Source of the DNA: an uncultured delta proteobacterium
GTDB lineage: Bacteria > Desulfobacterota > Desulfobacteria > Desulfobacterales > Desulfosalsimonadaceae
Direction of reading: 5' to 3'
Length of the DNA stretch: 64,000 bases
NCBI GenBank assembly: GCA_963826785.1
Contig: CAWGYD010000006.1
Location: 544,001 to 608,000 of the forward strand
In this document: positions 20,346 to 30,116 of the stretch, in pieces
Numbering within the stretch: position 1 is the first letter of the stretch
Layout of the letters: each line of letters begins with the position of its first letter
Made by a program: the position numbers and the translations under genes
Notes under the pieces: generated by a model
The model's input: the letters and a program-made list of their open reading frames with translations, nothing else
Databases searched by the model: none
What the model was told of the DNA's origin: nothing

Positions 20346-22286
20346 TCACGGTTCCACTTTTTCCGCAGGTTTTCCGGTTTCCTTGTCCCATCCGAACTGC
20401 TGCCAGTAGTCGGCCACCATCTTGTCGATGTTGACTTGCCGGTTTTTGTTGGCGCCTTTTTCCATGGGGGGGTAGCCCAGGGCCCGGGGGTTGGGCCGGA
20501 TCGATTTCGGGTCGATGCCGTGTTTGATATTAAAGGCCTGCTTTAAGGTCTGGAGTCGTTTGCCCATTTCCATGTATTCGGCCGGAGTCTTGTCCCATCC
20601 GGCGGCCGCATTGATCCATTCGAACACCGGCATCCGGTCGGCCCCCAGAAAAGCCCCGAAGGCGCATCCGCCCGCGCCGTTTAACACATTGACGAAGTTG
20701 CTGCAGGCCGCGGCCATTTTGGCCTTCTTCTGTGTGGCGCGGTACTTGCCCGCCTTGCGGTACATCAGCCACGGCTTGGGCAGGGTCTTGTCCTTTTTCC
20801 ACAGCCTGTACATCTCATAATACATCTGGGAGCCGATGGTGTGGCGCCCCGGAGTGGGCTCCACGGAATAGTGGACGGCAAATCCGGGATCAAACCGGCT
20901 GTCGTGCATGGGCAGTTCCTGGCCGCCGGAATGGATGGCGTACTGGTGAGCCCCTTTGCCGATGCGCTCGGCGGCCTTTTTCACCCCGTCGGCCAGGATG
21001 TCGCCAATCCCGTCCCGGGCGACCATCTTTTCTATCAGGGCGATCATGGCGTCGGTGTTCCCCCAGGTCAGCTCCAGTCCATCCGCGTCGGCTTTGGTCA
21101 GGATGCCCTTTTCATAACATTCCATGGCAAAGGCGATGGCGGTTCCCGCCGAAATGGTGTCCATTCCGGCCCGGTTGAGCATGTCGTTCATGAGGAAAAT
21201 AGCATCGAGATCATCGTTTAACACGAGGCCGGACAGGGCCAGCACCGTCTCGTACTCGGGCTTGTGCCCTTCGCCGGAAGGGAATTTGCCCGTGCAGATG
21301 CCGCCGCACCCCAGGGGACATGAGTAGCAGTGATACTTTGCGATCTCCTTTTCCAGAAACAGGTCCGGGTTGATGGCATTGGACTTTTCCTTGGGAAAGT
21401 CAAGGTTGGAGCCGCCCCAGTTCTTGATGGGGGAGTCTCCCATTTCGGTGGCGTACTGGTTGATGGCCACGGTACCCCATTTGCGCAGCATGATCTTCCA
21501 CAGCATGCCGTCCACGGCCGTCTGCATGGGCAGAAACCGGAGCAGGGCCCCGACAATCCGCAGGCCCTTGCCGGACAGGAACCAGGGCTGAAACTGCACC
21601 CACTTGTTGCACGCCTGGGACAGGGATTTGACCGCTTCGGGGTTGCTGGCCTCAATCTTTTTGTTGCCGTCGAGGACCACCGCTTTTAACTTCTTGGACC
21701 CCATGACCGCACCCAGGCCCGAACGGGCGGCCATGCGGCCCATGTCATTGGAGACCCCGGAGATCAGGGACAGCTTCTCCCCGGCCGGACCGATGCAGGC
21801 CACCCTTGGTTTTCGCCTGTCCCTGAGTTCGGCAATGAGCATCTCCTCGGTCTCTAAAGCATCTTTTCCCCACACATGAGCGGCGTCTTTGAGTTCGGCC
21901 TTGTTGTTTTTAATGTGCAGATAAACCGGTTTGTCGCTTGCGCCGGTAAAAAAAATGCCGTCATACCCGCAGCGTTTGATGGCCGGAGAAAACGTGCCGC
22001 CGCAGTTGGCCTCGCCATAGCCCCCGGTCAAGGGCGATTTGCCCACCACCATCCACCGGCCGGTAAAGAGACTGCCCGTTCCGGTGAGCAGCCCCGACAC
22101 AAACCCCAGCATGTTGTCCGGCCCCAGGGGATCGGCCCCTTCCGGGATGTCGTTGTAGAGCATAAACCCGCCCAGGCCGGATCCGGCCAGAAACTTCTCA
22201 TAAACGGAATCGGGTATCTGCTGCTCCTCCATGGTGCCGTCGGTGAGATTGACTTTCAGGACCTTGCCCATGTATCCGTTTGGCAT
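20346..22286 (-). CDS. Aldehyde:ferredoxin oxidoreductase family (W/Mo)
   Basis: GYMGKVLKVNL, KSPLTGG, IGPAGE, GLGAVMGSKKLKA, CYSCPLGC, PEYET and GMDTIS. Confidence 0.93.
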   Translation of the reverse strand: MPNGYMGKVLKVNLTDGTMEEQQIPDSVYEKFLAGSGLGGFMLYNDIPEGADPLGPDNMLGFVSGLLTGTGSLFTGRWMVVGKSPLTGGYGEANCGGTFSPAIKRCGYDGIFFTGASDKPVYLHIKNNKAELKDAAHVWGKDALETEEMLIAELRDRRKPRVACIGPAGEKLSLISGVSNDMGRMAARSGLGAVMGSKKLKAVVLDGNKKIEASNPEAVKSLSQACNKWVQFQPWFLSGKGLRIVGALLRFLPMQTAVDGMLWKIMLRKWGTVAINQYATEMGDSPIKNWGGSNLDFPKEKSNAINPDLFLEKEIAKYHCYSCPLGCGGICTGKFPSGEGHKPEYETVLALSGLVLNDDLDAIFLMNDMLNRAGMDTISAGTAIAFAMECYEKGILTKADADGLELTWGNTDAMIALIEKMVARDGIGDILADGVKKAAERIGKGAHQYAIHSGGQELPMHDSRFDPGFAVHYSVEPTPGRHTIGSQMYYEMYRLWKKDKTLPKPWLMYRKAGKYRATQKKAKMAAACSNFVNVLNGAGGCAFGAFLGADRMPVFEWINAAAGWDKTPAEYMEMGKRLQTLKQAFNIKHGIDPKSIRPNPRALGYPPMEKGANKNRQVNIDKMVADYWQQFGWDKETGKPAEKVEP

Positions 22287-22501
22287 ACCGACCTCCTTTT
22301 TCTAAGGGGGAACTTATATTCAAATTCCCATGAAAACGCTTCTATTGAAATGAGCTGGAGTTTTTCCAGATCAGCGGGAAAAAAGAATCCGGTAAAGAAC
22401 CCCGGATTCAGTTCTATTTTTCAAAAACCCCCAATGACGGGAGGCAATTCTTTTTACGCGTTCATCCGTATGGGATAAAAAGTGTGCATTTCGTTCAGGC
22501 G

Positions 22502-23680
22502 CTACACCTTGACCCGGACCTCCGACGGCTTCAGCAGGGGAAGAAACACCGTGCGGGGTTTGGATGTCATCTCGATGTTGTTTTTGGGGCACTGATAGGC
22601 GCATTGGCCGCAGCCGATGCACTTGTCGGCGTTGAGCGTCATTATTTTATCCTCGATGGAAACGGCGGTGGTGGGACAGAACCGCTCGCACAGGCCGCAC
22701 CCCTTGCAGTTCGCATCATTTTTCACCCGGGCCAGAAAGTGGCTCTCGTATTTCAGCGACACGGCCCCCATGTTGTATGCTTTGAGAATGCCGCAGCAGT
22801 CCCAGCAGCAGTTGCAGATCGCGAGCACCGGCAGACGAATATCGTCGCGCTCGTGAATGACCGTGTGAACCGCCCCCTTGTCCCGCACCGCCCTGAGGAT
22901 GGAAAGCGCTTCTTCCTGGTCGATGCTCCGCCCGTAGCCGAAATCCACCCAGGCTTTTGCCATTTCCCCGAAGGCCATGCAGGAATCCTCGGGCATCTTG
23001 TGGCTGCAGGATTTATCCAAAACATCGGCCGCCCGGCGGCATACGCAGGGGAAAATGGAGATCGCGTTTTTGCCGCCAAATTCCCGGACCAGGTTGTCCA
23101 CGTAGGCAGTGGGGTATACCTTTGATTCGGGTGCCGACAAGGACGCATCGATGGGGATGATTTTCTTCTTTTTGCCTGTCGAAGCCAGGGCGGGACTGAG
23201 GATGCCCACTCCCTGAGCGGGTTTAAAGAAGGGCTTCATGGCCATATTCTGGAGGGGCCGCAGCGGCACAAAATTAAATCGGGCAAAAAACTGGAAGAAT
23301 TCTTCCCATTTTTTTGAAAAGGCTTTGATTTCGGGTTTGCCGACCAGATAATGCATCATGGCCTCGTACCACCCCACTGCGATGGCATTCAGCCGGTACT
23401 GGCCATTTCCGCCTGCATCGATATCCCGATGCAACAGGCCCTTGCGGTTCAGCGTATCAAAAAAAGCGTCAAATTCATCTGAGGCCATGCCGCTTTGTTT
23501 GGCCGCGGCTGCATAGGACAGGTGGCCGGTCCCCAGTTTCAACAGGTAGTCGAGTTCCCGGTCGGTCACCGACATGTCCATCATCTCCACCAGGGGCGTG
23601 GCCACCGGGATGAACCGCTCGTTCTGCTTGTTCATTCGAGAAAGCAGCGCTTTGATTTTCTTCTTGCGTGTATTTGTCAT
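22502..23680 (-). CDS. Multi-cysteine Fe-S protein with C-terminal 2x[4Fe-4S] domain
   Basis: CVCR, SCMAFG, CNCCWDCCG, CKGCGLCERFCP and CIGCGQCAYQCP. Confidence 0.85.
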   Translation of the reverse strand: MTNTRKKKIKALLSRMNKQNERFIPVATPLVEMMDMSVTDRELDYLLKLGTGHLSYAAAAKQSGMASDEFDAFFDTLNRKGLLHRDIDAGGNGQYRLNAIAVGWYEAMMHYLVGKPEIKAFSKKWEEFFQFFARFNFVPLRPLQNMAMKPFFKPAQGVGILSPALASTGKKKKIIPIDASLSAPESKVYPTAYVDNLVREFGGKNAISIFPCVCRRAADVLDKSCSHKMPEDSCMAFGEMAKAWVDFGYGRSIDQEEALSILRAVRDKGAVHTVIHERDDIRLPVLAICNCCWDCCGILKAYNMGAVSLKYESHFLARVKNDANCKGCGLCERFCPTTAVSIEDKIMTLNADKCIGCGQCAYQCPKNNIEMTSKPRTVFLPLLKPSEVRVKV

Positions 23681-23717
23681 GAGGGTCCTCCTGCATTTGC
23701 ACTAAGTGAACAGCTGC

Positions 23718-24503
23718 TTAATTTGAATAACCCGGCAAGCCGAATTGCGCAAGACACTTTCGAATGGAACCAAGCGCCGGCGGGTCTTTGATATCGAGCA
23801 GGCTGGTTCCGGCCATGTCCGCGCGCCGGACCACATCATCTTCCGGGATCCAGCCCAGGCAATCAAGTCCGGGGACCATGTCGATGCCGCCCATTTCAAC
23901 TTCATCCCGGACCCGGTTTACGATGAGTCCGGCTGCCTCGTAATCGATGGTGCCATCCGATACGTCCTTGATGGTCCTGGCCACATTCAGCCCCCGGGCC
24001 GAAGCGTCCGAGACCAGGAGAAGGTGGGTGACCTTTTCCATGACCCGGCGGTTGACCTGCTCGATGCCGGCTTCCCCGTCGATGACCACCACGTCGAAGT
24101 TGCCGGAGAGATCGGCGATAATATCCTTTAAAATGTGGTTCACCTGGCAGTAGCACCCTTCCTTTTCGGGGCGGCCGATGGCCAGGAAGGCCAGGTTGTC
24201 CCGTTCCTTCAACGCGGAGAACAGCTCGTAATCGAGACGCGAGAGGATCGTCTGCCGGTCGGCGGATTTACCCTCCTGCACCCGGGCGATGAGGTCGTTG
24301 CGGATGTCGTCCACCGTCTTGTGTACGCTAACCCCCAGGGCCGATGCCAGCCCCACGGCCGGATCCGCATCGATGGCCAGCACCCGGCGGTCGGGGTTTT
24401 CCAAAGCCAGCCGCACGATCAGGGCGCTCAGGGAAGTCTTTCCCACGCCTCCCTTGCCGCAGACGGCAATCACAATTGGCCGTTTATATTTCATTTTATC
24501 CAT
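23718..24503 (-). CDS. cooC: CooC/AcsF-type nickel-insertion ATPase
   Basis: Deviant Walker A GKGGVGKT, IDADP, EGCYC (CxC metal site) and DGEAGIEQVNRR. Confidence 0.85.
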   Translation of the reverse strand: MDKMKYKRPIVIAVCGKGGVGKTSLSALIVRLALENPDRRVLAIDADPAVGLASALGVSVHKTVDDIRNDLIARVQEGKSADRQTILSRLDYELFSALKERDNLAFLAIGRPEKEGCYCQVNHILKDIIADLSGNFDVVVIDGEAGIEQVNRRVMEKVTHLLLVSDASARGLNVARTIKDVSDGTIDYEAAGLIVNRVRDEVEMGGIDMVPGLDCLGWIPEDDVVRRADMAGTSLLDIKDPPALGSIRKCLAQFGLPGYSN

Positions 24504-24576
24504 AATTTATCGATTTATTCGCACTTGTGTACTTGTGAGGTGCCAGCGTTTATTTCAGCAGTCGTTTAGGGCGTGG

Positions 24577-24742
24577 CTGACGGGCGCGCAAACAGGGATC
24601 CGGCCGCTCAGTGATATTTTTGCCGGACGGGAACAGGTTTCGAGCGGAATCGTACTTTGCGATAATCGGCGAATTCCCGTTTGATTTCCGATGCAAAAAT
24701 CTCAAATTTCGCTTGCCGGACCCCTGTTTACGTACCCGTCAG
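24577..24742. repeat. Long imperfect intergenic inverted repeat
   Basis: 28-bp arms at 24577-24604 and 24715-24742 match at 24 of 28 positions, with further nested inner stems. Confidence 0.75.
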
Positions 24743-24808
24743 GAGATTGGGCGCTGAAATTTCGTTCATGAGCATTTTGCAGGAACTTAAAGCAATAAGC
24801 AAACCGCA

Positions 24809-25540
24809 TCAATTCCCTTTTCCCTTCATTGCGCGATGCACCGCCCGCAGATCCGCAACATCCTCGCATATGGCATTGTACTCGCATTCGTCGCAGTCGA
24901 AGGTGAGGTCATCGGCCATTTTGTTCATGGCGCCGATGATGCTCGATACGCCGGAGGCGATCTGCTGCAGTTTGATCACATCGTCTTTGCCCGAAGTGAC
25001 GAAAAGCACTTCCGCGGCATGGACATAGTCGAGATTTAAAAATTGATCGATCAGGCCCCCGCCCAGGGTTTGGAACGAAAATCCACCAAAAAGCGCTTCT
25101 TTGCTCACCCGGCTCCATTCCCGGCCGTACTGGGAGACCGCCCGCATCATGTAGCCCTTCAGGTGAAGGTCGTAGCGTAAAAGCTCCATCTCCCGGTACC
25201 GGTCATAGCTGTTGTCCGCGTCAAAACCGGTGCCGCCCAGCAGGACCACCTTGCCGAAAGATGCCTGCCGGCCCGAAAGCGCCGCAAGATCAGGGCCGAT
25301 GAGGGTGATCCGGCCGTGCTTGATTTTTTCCGGGTCGTTGATCCAGATGAGAAAGGAGGCGGAGGCGTCTTTTGGATTTCCCAGTTCCACGGCGGTATCC
25401 TGGGCCATCACCAGGTTCCGGTTTCTGTCCGTGGGCCATGATATCTGTCCCCGGTGGACATGTTCGGAAAAATCCGCCCGGCCGCGGTTCGTATCCATGA
25501 AAGCCCGGATGTACTCAATTTGCTGTTCAAATAGTTCCAT
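24809..25540 (-). CDS. Stand-alone protein resembling the middle domain of acetyl-CoA synthase (AcsB/CdhC), with C-terminal CxxC-x4-C
   Basis: DTAVELG, GRITLIGPDL, EWSRVSKEA..GF and EVLFVT follow the order of ACS middle-domain motifs; ends in CDECEYNAIC. Confidence 0.7.
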   Translation of the reverse strand: MELFEQQIEYIRAFMDTNRGRADFSEHVHRGQISWPTDRNRNLVMAQDTAVELGNPKDASASFLIWINDPEKIKHGRITLIGPDLAALSGRQASFGKVVLLGGTGFDADNSYDRYREMELLRYDLHLKGYMMRAVSQYGREWSRVSKEALFGGFSFQTLGGGLIDQFLNLDYVHAAEVLFVTSGKDDVIKLQQIASGVSSIIGAMNKMADDLTFDCDECEYNAICEDVADLRAVHRAMKGKGN

Positions 25541-25545
25541 TCAGC

Positions 25546-26946
25546 CTACAGCAGCCCCCTTACCTGGAAGAACTCGTCCAGCCGGTCTTTCGTGGCTTCC
25601 CAGGATTCCACCCGGTCGTCAAAGGCATCGTCGTACATGATATGCACCGGAAAATTTTGTTTTTCGATCTCCCTGGCAAAGGGCTTGACCATCCCCCAGG
25701 TGTTGCGGCAGCCCGGGGTGCCGTTGTAGATCACGCAGTCCGCCTGGTAGAGCCTCGCGCAGGCGAGCGTCTCTTCCAGCCACTGGCCGTGCCGGTCATA
25801 GGGGCCCCGGATGGAGCGGACCATGGGCATCCGGGCGTTCATCTGGGCAATGGAATCCAGCATGGCCTCCGGAGAGGAGGTGTCGATGTCATAGGTGTTG
25901 TCCGGCAGGTCTTTGCTGTATTTGTTCCCCGCCCGGAAATTGCGGGTCAGGATGGAGCCGGTGTGGGCGATGCCCCGGGCTTCCAGGTAGTGATAGAAGT
26001 TCATGTCCACGGTGTAGTGATCGATATAGCACATGACCAGGCGCAGCTTCTCCTCTCCGCAGGAAAGCCCGGGCACGCCTCCGGCGATTCTGCGGCGGGC
26101 GGTATCCACCATCACTTCCAGCAGCTCGGTGTACTCCGGGTCCCCGGAAAAGCAGAACCGGCCCGCATAGATCATCAGTGAAAAGATGGGCGGGATGGGG
26201 GTGGGGACCAGCATGAGCATGTCCTCCATCTCCGCGGTCAGGGCATCCTGCTTCCCGATCTCGGCCAGAATCTTCGCCAGCCGGTCATAATCGAGTTTTT
26301 TGCCGGAATGCTTCTCAATGAAATCGATCATGGTCTTGTAGTCGTCGATGTGATACTGCTGGGAGCGCTCATCGCCGATGGTGCTGGGGTAGTTGAGCTG
26401 GTAAAAGGGCTTATCCAGGTATGTGGCGGCAAAGGCGAACGCGTTGGCGTTGGTGTCGCACACCCCGGGAGTGTCGCAGATGACAAAATCGATTTTTTCG
26501 CACAGCCCCGCCAGGTAAGCCCCCAGAAAGCCGCGCTGGGAAGAGCAGGAGGTTTCCGGCATCCCCACCTCCACGCAGAAATCCATGTAGTCGAACATCC
26601 CCCGCTTCCATACCATGGAGCCGATGGCGGTCAACACCTCAAAGGTGGCCGGCACGATGTCCATGGCATAGAGGATGGCCGGGGTGCTGCAGAAGGTGGT
26701 GGCGGCAATCGGCTTCCCCTGGGCTCTGGCGGTAAGGATGTTCTCGTAGTATTTTCCCAAAAGTTTTAGAAAGCGGATGCCCGGCGGACCGGCTTCGATG
26801 AAGGACCGGACCACGTCGCTGTAGTTGGGGATATACCGGTATGTGTTCTCGATTTCCTTGGATGTCCCGGCCGGCAGCAGGGCTGCGGTGGCCAAGGTCC
26901 TCCCCATCACCCAGTCGTAGGGGTATTCTTTGATTTCGGGTCTCAT
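25546..26946 (-). CDS. 2-hydroxyacyl-CoA dehydratase / benzoyl-CoA reductase (HgdB/BcrB) family subunit, paralog 2
   Basis: FCS.P, PETSCSSQ, GVCD, FIEKHSGKKLDYD and PGCR...D.FDDR. Confidence 0.85.
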   Translation of the reverse strand: MRPEIKEYPYDWVMGRTLATAALLPAGTSKEIENTYRYIPNYSDVVRSFIEAGPPGIRFLKLLGKYYENILTARAQGKPIAATTFCSTPAILYAMDIVPATFEVLTAIGSMVWKRGMFDYMDFCVEVGMPETSCSSQRGFLGAYLAGLCEKIDFVICDTPGVCDTNANAFAFAATYLDKPFYQLNYPSTIGDERSQQYHIDDYKTMIDFIEKHSGKKLDYDRLAKILAEIGKQDALTAEMEDMLMLVPTPIPPIFSLMIYAGRFCFSGDPEYTELLEVMVDTARRRIAGGVPGLSCGEEKLRLVMCYIDHYTVDMNFYHYLEARGIAHTGSILTRNFRAGNKYSKDLPDNTYDIDTSSPEAMLDSIAQMNARMPMVRSIRGPYDRHGQWLEETLACARLYQADCVIYNGTPGCRNTWGMVKPFAREIEKQNFPVHIMYDDAFDDRVESWEATKDRLDEFFQVRGLL

Positions 26947-26991
26947 TTTCCGCTTACTCCGTAAATGTTAATCGCCATGCTGTGGAAGTTC

Positions 26992-27774
26992 TTACCGCTT
27001 TGCCTTCTCCCGCGCATACAGCGCCGCGCCCAGCGCGCCCATGATCTGGGGATCGGCGCCGTTTAATGATTTCATGTGGATTTCAAGAGTTTCGCCCAGG
27101 GCGGCAAATACCCCCTGGTTTTTGGCCACTCCGCCGGTCATGACCACGTCGTGGGCCATATCGATGCTTTTGGCCAGAGAGGCCACCCGCCGGGCCAGGG
27201 CGTGGTGCAGGGCGTTGATGATGTCCGCGGTCTCCTTCCCTTCGTTGACCAGCGAGATCACCTCGGTTTCCGCAAAAATCACGCACTGGTTGGAAATGGA
27301 AAGCCTTTCCGTGGACTGGGCCCCGATTTCGCCCATCTTGTCCAGGGGAATTTCCAGGGCTTCGGCCATGACCTCTAAAAAGCGTCCGGTGCCCGAGGCG
27401 CATTTGTCGTTGTAGATGTATCGGGCCACCTTGCCGCTGTCGTCCAGCCGGGTCGCCTTGGCATCCTGGCCGCCGATGTCGATGATCATGCGTACAGAGG
27501 GCATGAGGTGAAAGGCGCCCTTGGCGTGGCAGGAGATTTCCGATTCCACGCTGTCCACGAAAGGGATCTGCTCACGGCCGTAGCCCGTGCCCACCATGCA
27601 TTGAATGTCTTCCATGGACAGGCCCGCCTTTTGGAGGGCCGCCCCCATCACCTCTATGGCAGATTCGGCCGGCCGCGTCCGGGCCCGCATCACCGCATCG
27701 GCGACAATTTTATCCCCCTCCAGGATGACCGCCTTGGCCGTCAGGGACCCGATATCACATCCTGCGACAATCAT
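26992..27774 (-). CDS. ATP-dependent CoA-substrate-specific enzyme activase (HgdC/BcrAD family)
   Basis: GCDIGS.TAK, TGYGR, EISCH, IDIGGQDAK, NDKCASGTGRF and QCVIFAE. Confidence 0.92.
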   Translation of the reverse strand: MIVAGCDIGSLTAKAVILEGDKIVADAVMRARTRPAESAIEVMGAALQKAGLSMEDIQCMVGTGYGREQIPFVDSVESEISCHAKGAFHLMPSVRMIIDIGGQDAKATRLDDSGKVARYIYNDKCASGTGRFLEVMAEALEIPLDKMGEIGAQSTERLSISNQCVIFAETEVISLVNEGKETADIINALHHALARRVASLAKSIDMAHDVVMTGGVAKNQGVFAALGETLEIHMKSLNGADPQIMGALGAALYAREKAKR

Positions 27775-27869
27775 TTAGTTTTCTCCTGTGTGCTTTTTTA
27801 AAATTCACAATTCACTATGGACAACCTCTTTAAAGCCCCCGCTCTCAAATGAATCGTGCATGGTCAATT

Positions 27870-28670
27870 TTATGAAGCTTTCCGCTGCCCGTTGACCTTC
27901 TCCCAGGATAGAAGCGCCGCGCCAATGGCGCCGGCGATCTGGGGGTCGGCCTTGCGGGTCTTTTTGATGGTTTTGCCCAGAAGCTTCTCCAGCGTGGAAA
28001 CCACCCCGATGTTCTTGGCCACGCCGCCGGACATGAAGATGTCGCCTTCGGGTTTTACCGCATTGACCAGGATGGCCACCCGGGCGGCCATGGCCGTGTT
28101 GATCCCCGCGCCGATGTCCTCGAGGGGCACCCCGGAATTGATGTACTTGATCACATCCGCCTGGGCCCACACCGTGCAGGTGGAGGCCAGGGTAATGGGG
28201 TTTTTGGCCGAAAGGGAGAGTTTGCCCAGCTCCTCCATGCTCACACCGAGGACCTTGGCCATGACCTCCAGAAACCGCCCCGTTCCCGAAGCGCACTTGT
28301 CGTTGGCCATGAATTTGACCACGTTGCCGTCTTCATCGATGCGCATGGTCTTGCAGTCCTGGCCGCCGATGTCGATGACCGTCTTGGCCGACGGCATCAG
28401 CCAGCGGGCGCCTCTGCCGTGGCAGGAGATTTCAGACACCGATTCATCCACAAACCCGATCCGGTCCCGGCCGTAGCCGGTGCCGATGCAGTATTTGATT
28501 TCGTCCCTGCCGATTCCGGCTTTTTCCAGCACCGCGGCCATGACCGCATCCGCAGAGTCCCCGGGCCGGGGTTTGGATTTGATGATGGCGCTGGCCACAA
28601 TCCGGTTGTTTTTCATGATCACGGCTTTTGAGGTCAGTGATCCGACATCGCAGCCTAAAACGTAATTCAT
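27870..28670 (-). CDS. ATP-dependent CoA-substrate-specific enzyme activase (HgdC/BcrAD family)
   Basis: GCDVGS, TGYGR, IDIGGQDCK, NDKCASGTGRF and TCTVWAQ. Confidence 0.92.
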   Translation of the reverse strand: MNYVLGCDVGSLTSKAVIMKNNRIVASAIIKSKPRPGDSADAVMAAVLEKAGIGRDEIKYCIGTGYGRDRIGFVDESVSEISCHGRGARWLMPSAKTVIDIGGQDCKTMRIDEDGNVVKFMANDKCASGTGRFLEVMAKVLGVSMEELGKLSLSAKNPITLASTCTVWAQADVIKYINSGVPLEDIGAGINTAMAARVAILVNAVKPEGDIFMSGGVAKNIGVVSTLEKLLGKTIKKTRKADPQIAGAIGAALLSWEKVNGQRKAS

Positions 28671-30067
28671 AACAGCCCCCTTACGTGAAAGAATTCATCC
28701 AGGCGGTCTTTGGTGGCATCCCATGACTCCACCCGGTCGTCGAATGCATCGTCGTACATGATGTGGGTGGGAAACCCGTTTTTCTCCATGTCCCTGGCAA
28801 AGGGCTTGACCATCCCCCAGGTGTTGCGGCATCCCGGCGTGCCGTTGTAGATCACGCAGTCGGCCTGGGTGAGTTTCGCCAGGGCCAGGGATTCCTCCAG
28901 CCACATACCTTTGCGATCGTAGGGGCCGCGGATGGAGCGGACCATGGGGAGCCGCGCGTTCATCTGGGCGATGGAGTCGAGCATGGCCTCCGGGGTGGAG
29001 ATGTCGATCCCGTAGGATGAACCCTCCATGCCCTTGACATATTCGTTGTTATCCGCAAAATTGCGGGTCAGGATGGAGCCGGTGTGCCCGATGCCCCGCT
29101 CCTCCAGGTAATTCCAGAACTTGAGATCCACCGTGTAGTGATCGATATAGCACATGAATACGCGCAGCTTTTCCTCCCCGGATGTCAGGCCGGAAAGCCC
29201 TGTCCTTGCCTTTTCCCGTGTGGCCGAAACCATGGTCTCAAGCAGGTCCGTGAATACTTTCTGGCCGGAGAACAGGAAACGGCCGGCATACAGCGCCAGG
29301 TTGTAGATGGGGGGAAAGGGGATGGGAACCAGAAGCTGCATGTCCTCCAGTTCGGAAATCAGCGCATCCTGCCTGTTCACCTCCCCAAGGGCTTCGGCCA
29401 GGCGGTCGTAGTCCAGCTTCCGCCCCGAATGTTCCTCGATGAAGGCGACCATGGCCTTGTAGTCGTCGATGTGATACTTCTGTGACCGGTCATCGCCGAT
29501 GGCGCTGGGGTAGTTGAGCTGGAAAAAGGGGATGTGCAGGTATTCCGAGGCAAAGGAAAAGGCGTTGGCATTGGTGTCGCACACGCCGGGGGTATCGCAG
29601 ATGACCATATCGATCTTTTCAGTCAGCCCGGAAAGGATCGCCCCCAGGGCGCCCCGCTGGGAAGAGCAGGAGGTCTCGGGCATGCCCGCTTCCACGCAGA
29701 AATCGAAATAATCGAACATGCCCCGTTTCCATATCAGCTGGGCCAGGCCCGTCCATATTTCGAAGGTGACCGGTACCAGGTCCATGGCATACAGGATCAC
29801 CGGCGAGTTGCAGAAGGTGGTGCCCACGATCTTTTTCCCCTTCGATCGGGCATTCAGCACGTTCTCGTAATAGAGTGCCAGCAGATTGAAGAGCTTGATC
29901 CCCACTTCCCCGGCATTGAAAATGGTACCGGCGCTATCCTTGTAAGCCGGGATATAGCGCAGGACCAGTTCGGTCTCCCTGGCGGTGCCCAGCGGCACCC
30001 GGGAAGCCGCCGAAAGCGTCTTTCCCATCAGCCAGTCGTAATTGTATTCGGTCATCTCGGGCCGCAT
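28667..30067 (-). CDS. HgdB/BcrB family subunit, paralog 1
   Basis: Start MRPEMTEY chosen by alignment to the paralog's MRPEIKEY; same Cys motifs and same length (466 aa). Confidence 0.85.
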   Translation of the reverse strand: MRPEMTEYNYDWLMGKTLSAASRVPLGTARETELVLRYIPAYKDSAGTIFNAGEVGIKLFNLLALYYENVLNARSKGKKIVGTTFCNSPVILYAMDLVPVTFEIWTGLAQLIWKRGMFDYFDFCVEAGMPETSCSSQRGALGAILSGLTEKIDMVICDTPGVCDTNANAFSFASEYLHIPFFQLNYPSAIGDDRSQKYHIDDYKAMVAFIEEHSGRKLDYDRLAEALGEVNRQDALISELEDMQLLVPIPFPPIYNLALYAGRFLFSGQKVFTDLLETMVSATREKARTGLSGLTSGEEKLRVFMCYIDHYTVDLKFWNYLEERGIGHTGSILTRNFADNNEYVKGMEGSSYGIDISTPEAMLDSIAQMNARLPMVRSIRGPYDRKGMWLEESLALAKLTQADCVIYNGTPGCRNTWGMVKPFARDMEKNGFPTHIMYDDAFDDRVESWDATKDRLDEFFHVRGLL

Positions 30068-30116
30068 ATGTTTGATCCTATTTGCTTTTGCGGGTTTAGG
30101 GGTTTCGTTCCGGCGA

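Noticed and set aside
23718..25540. Calling the locus a CODH/ACS (Wood-Ljungdahl) cluster
   Set aside because: No cooS/acsA, A-cluster domain, corrinoid Fe-S protein or methyltransferase is in the window.
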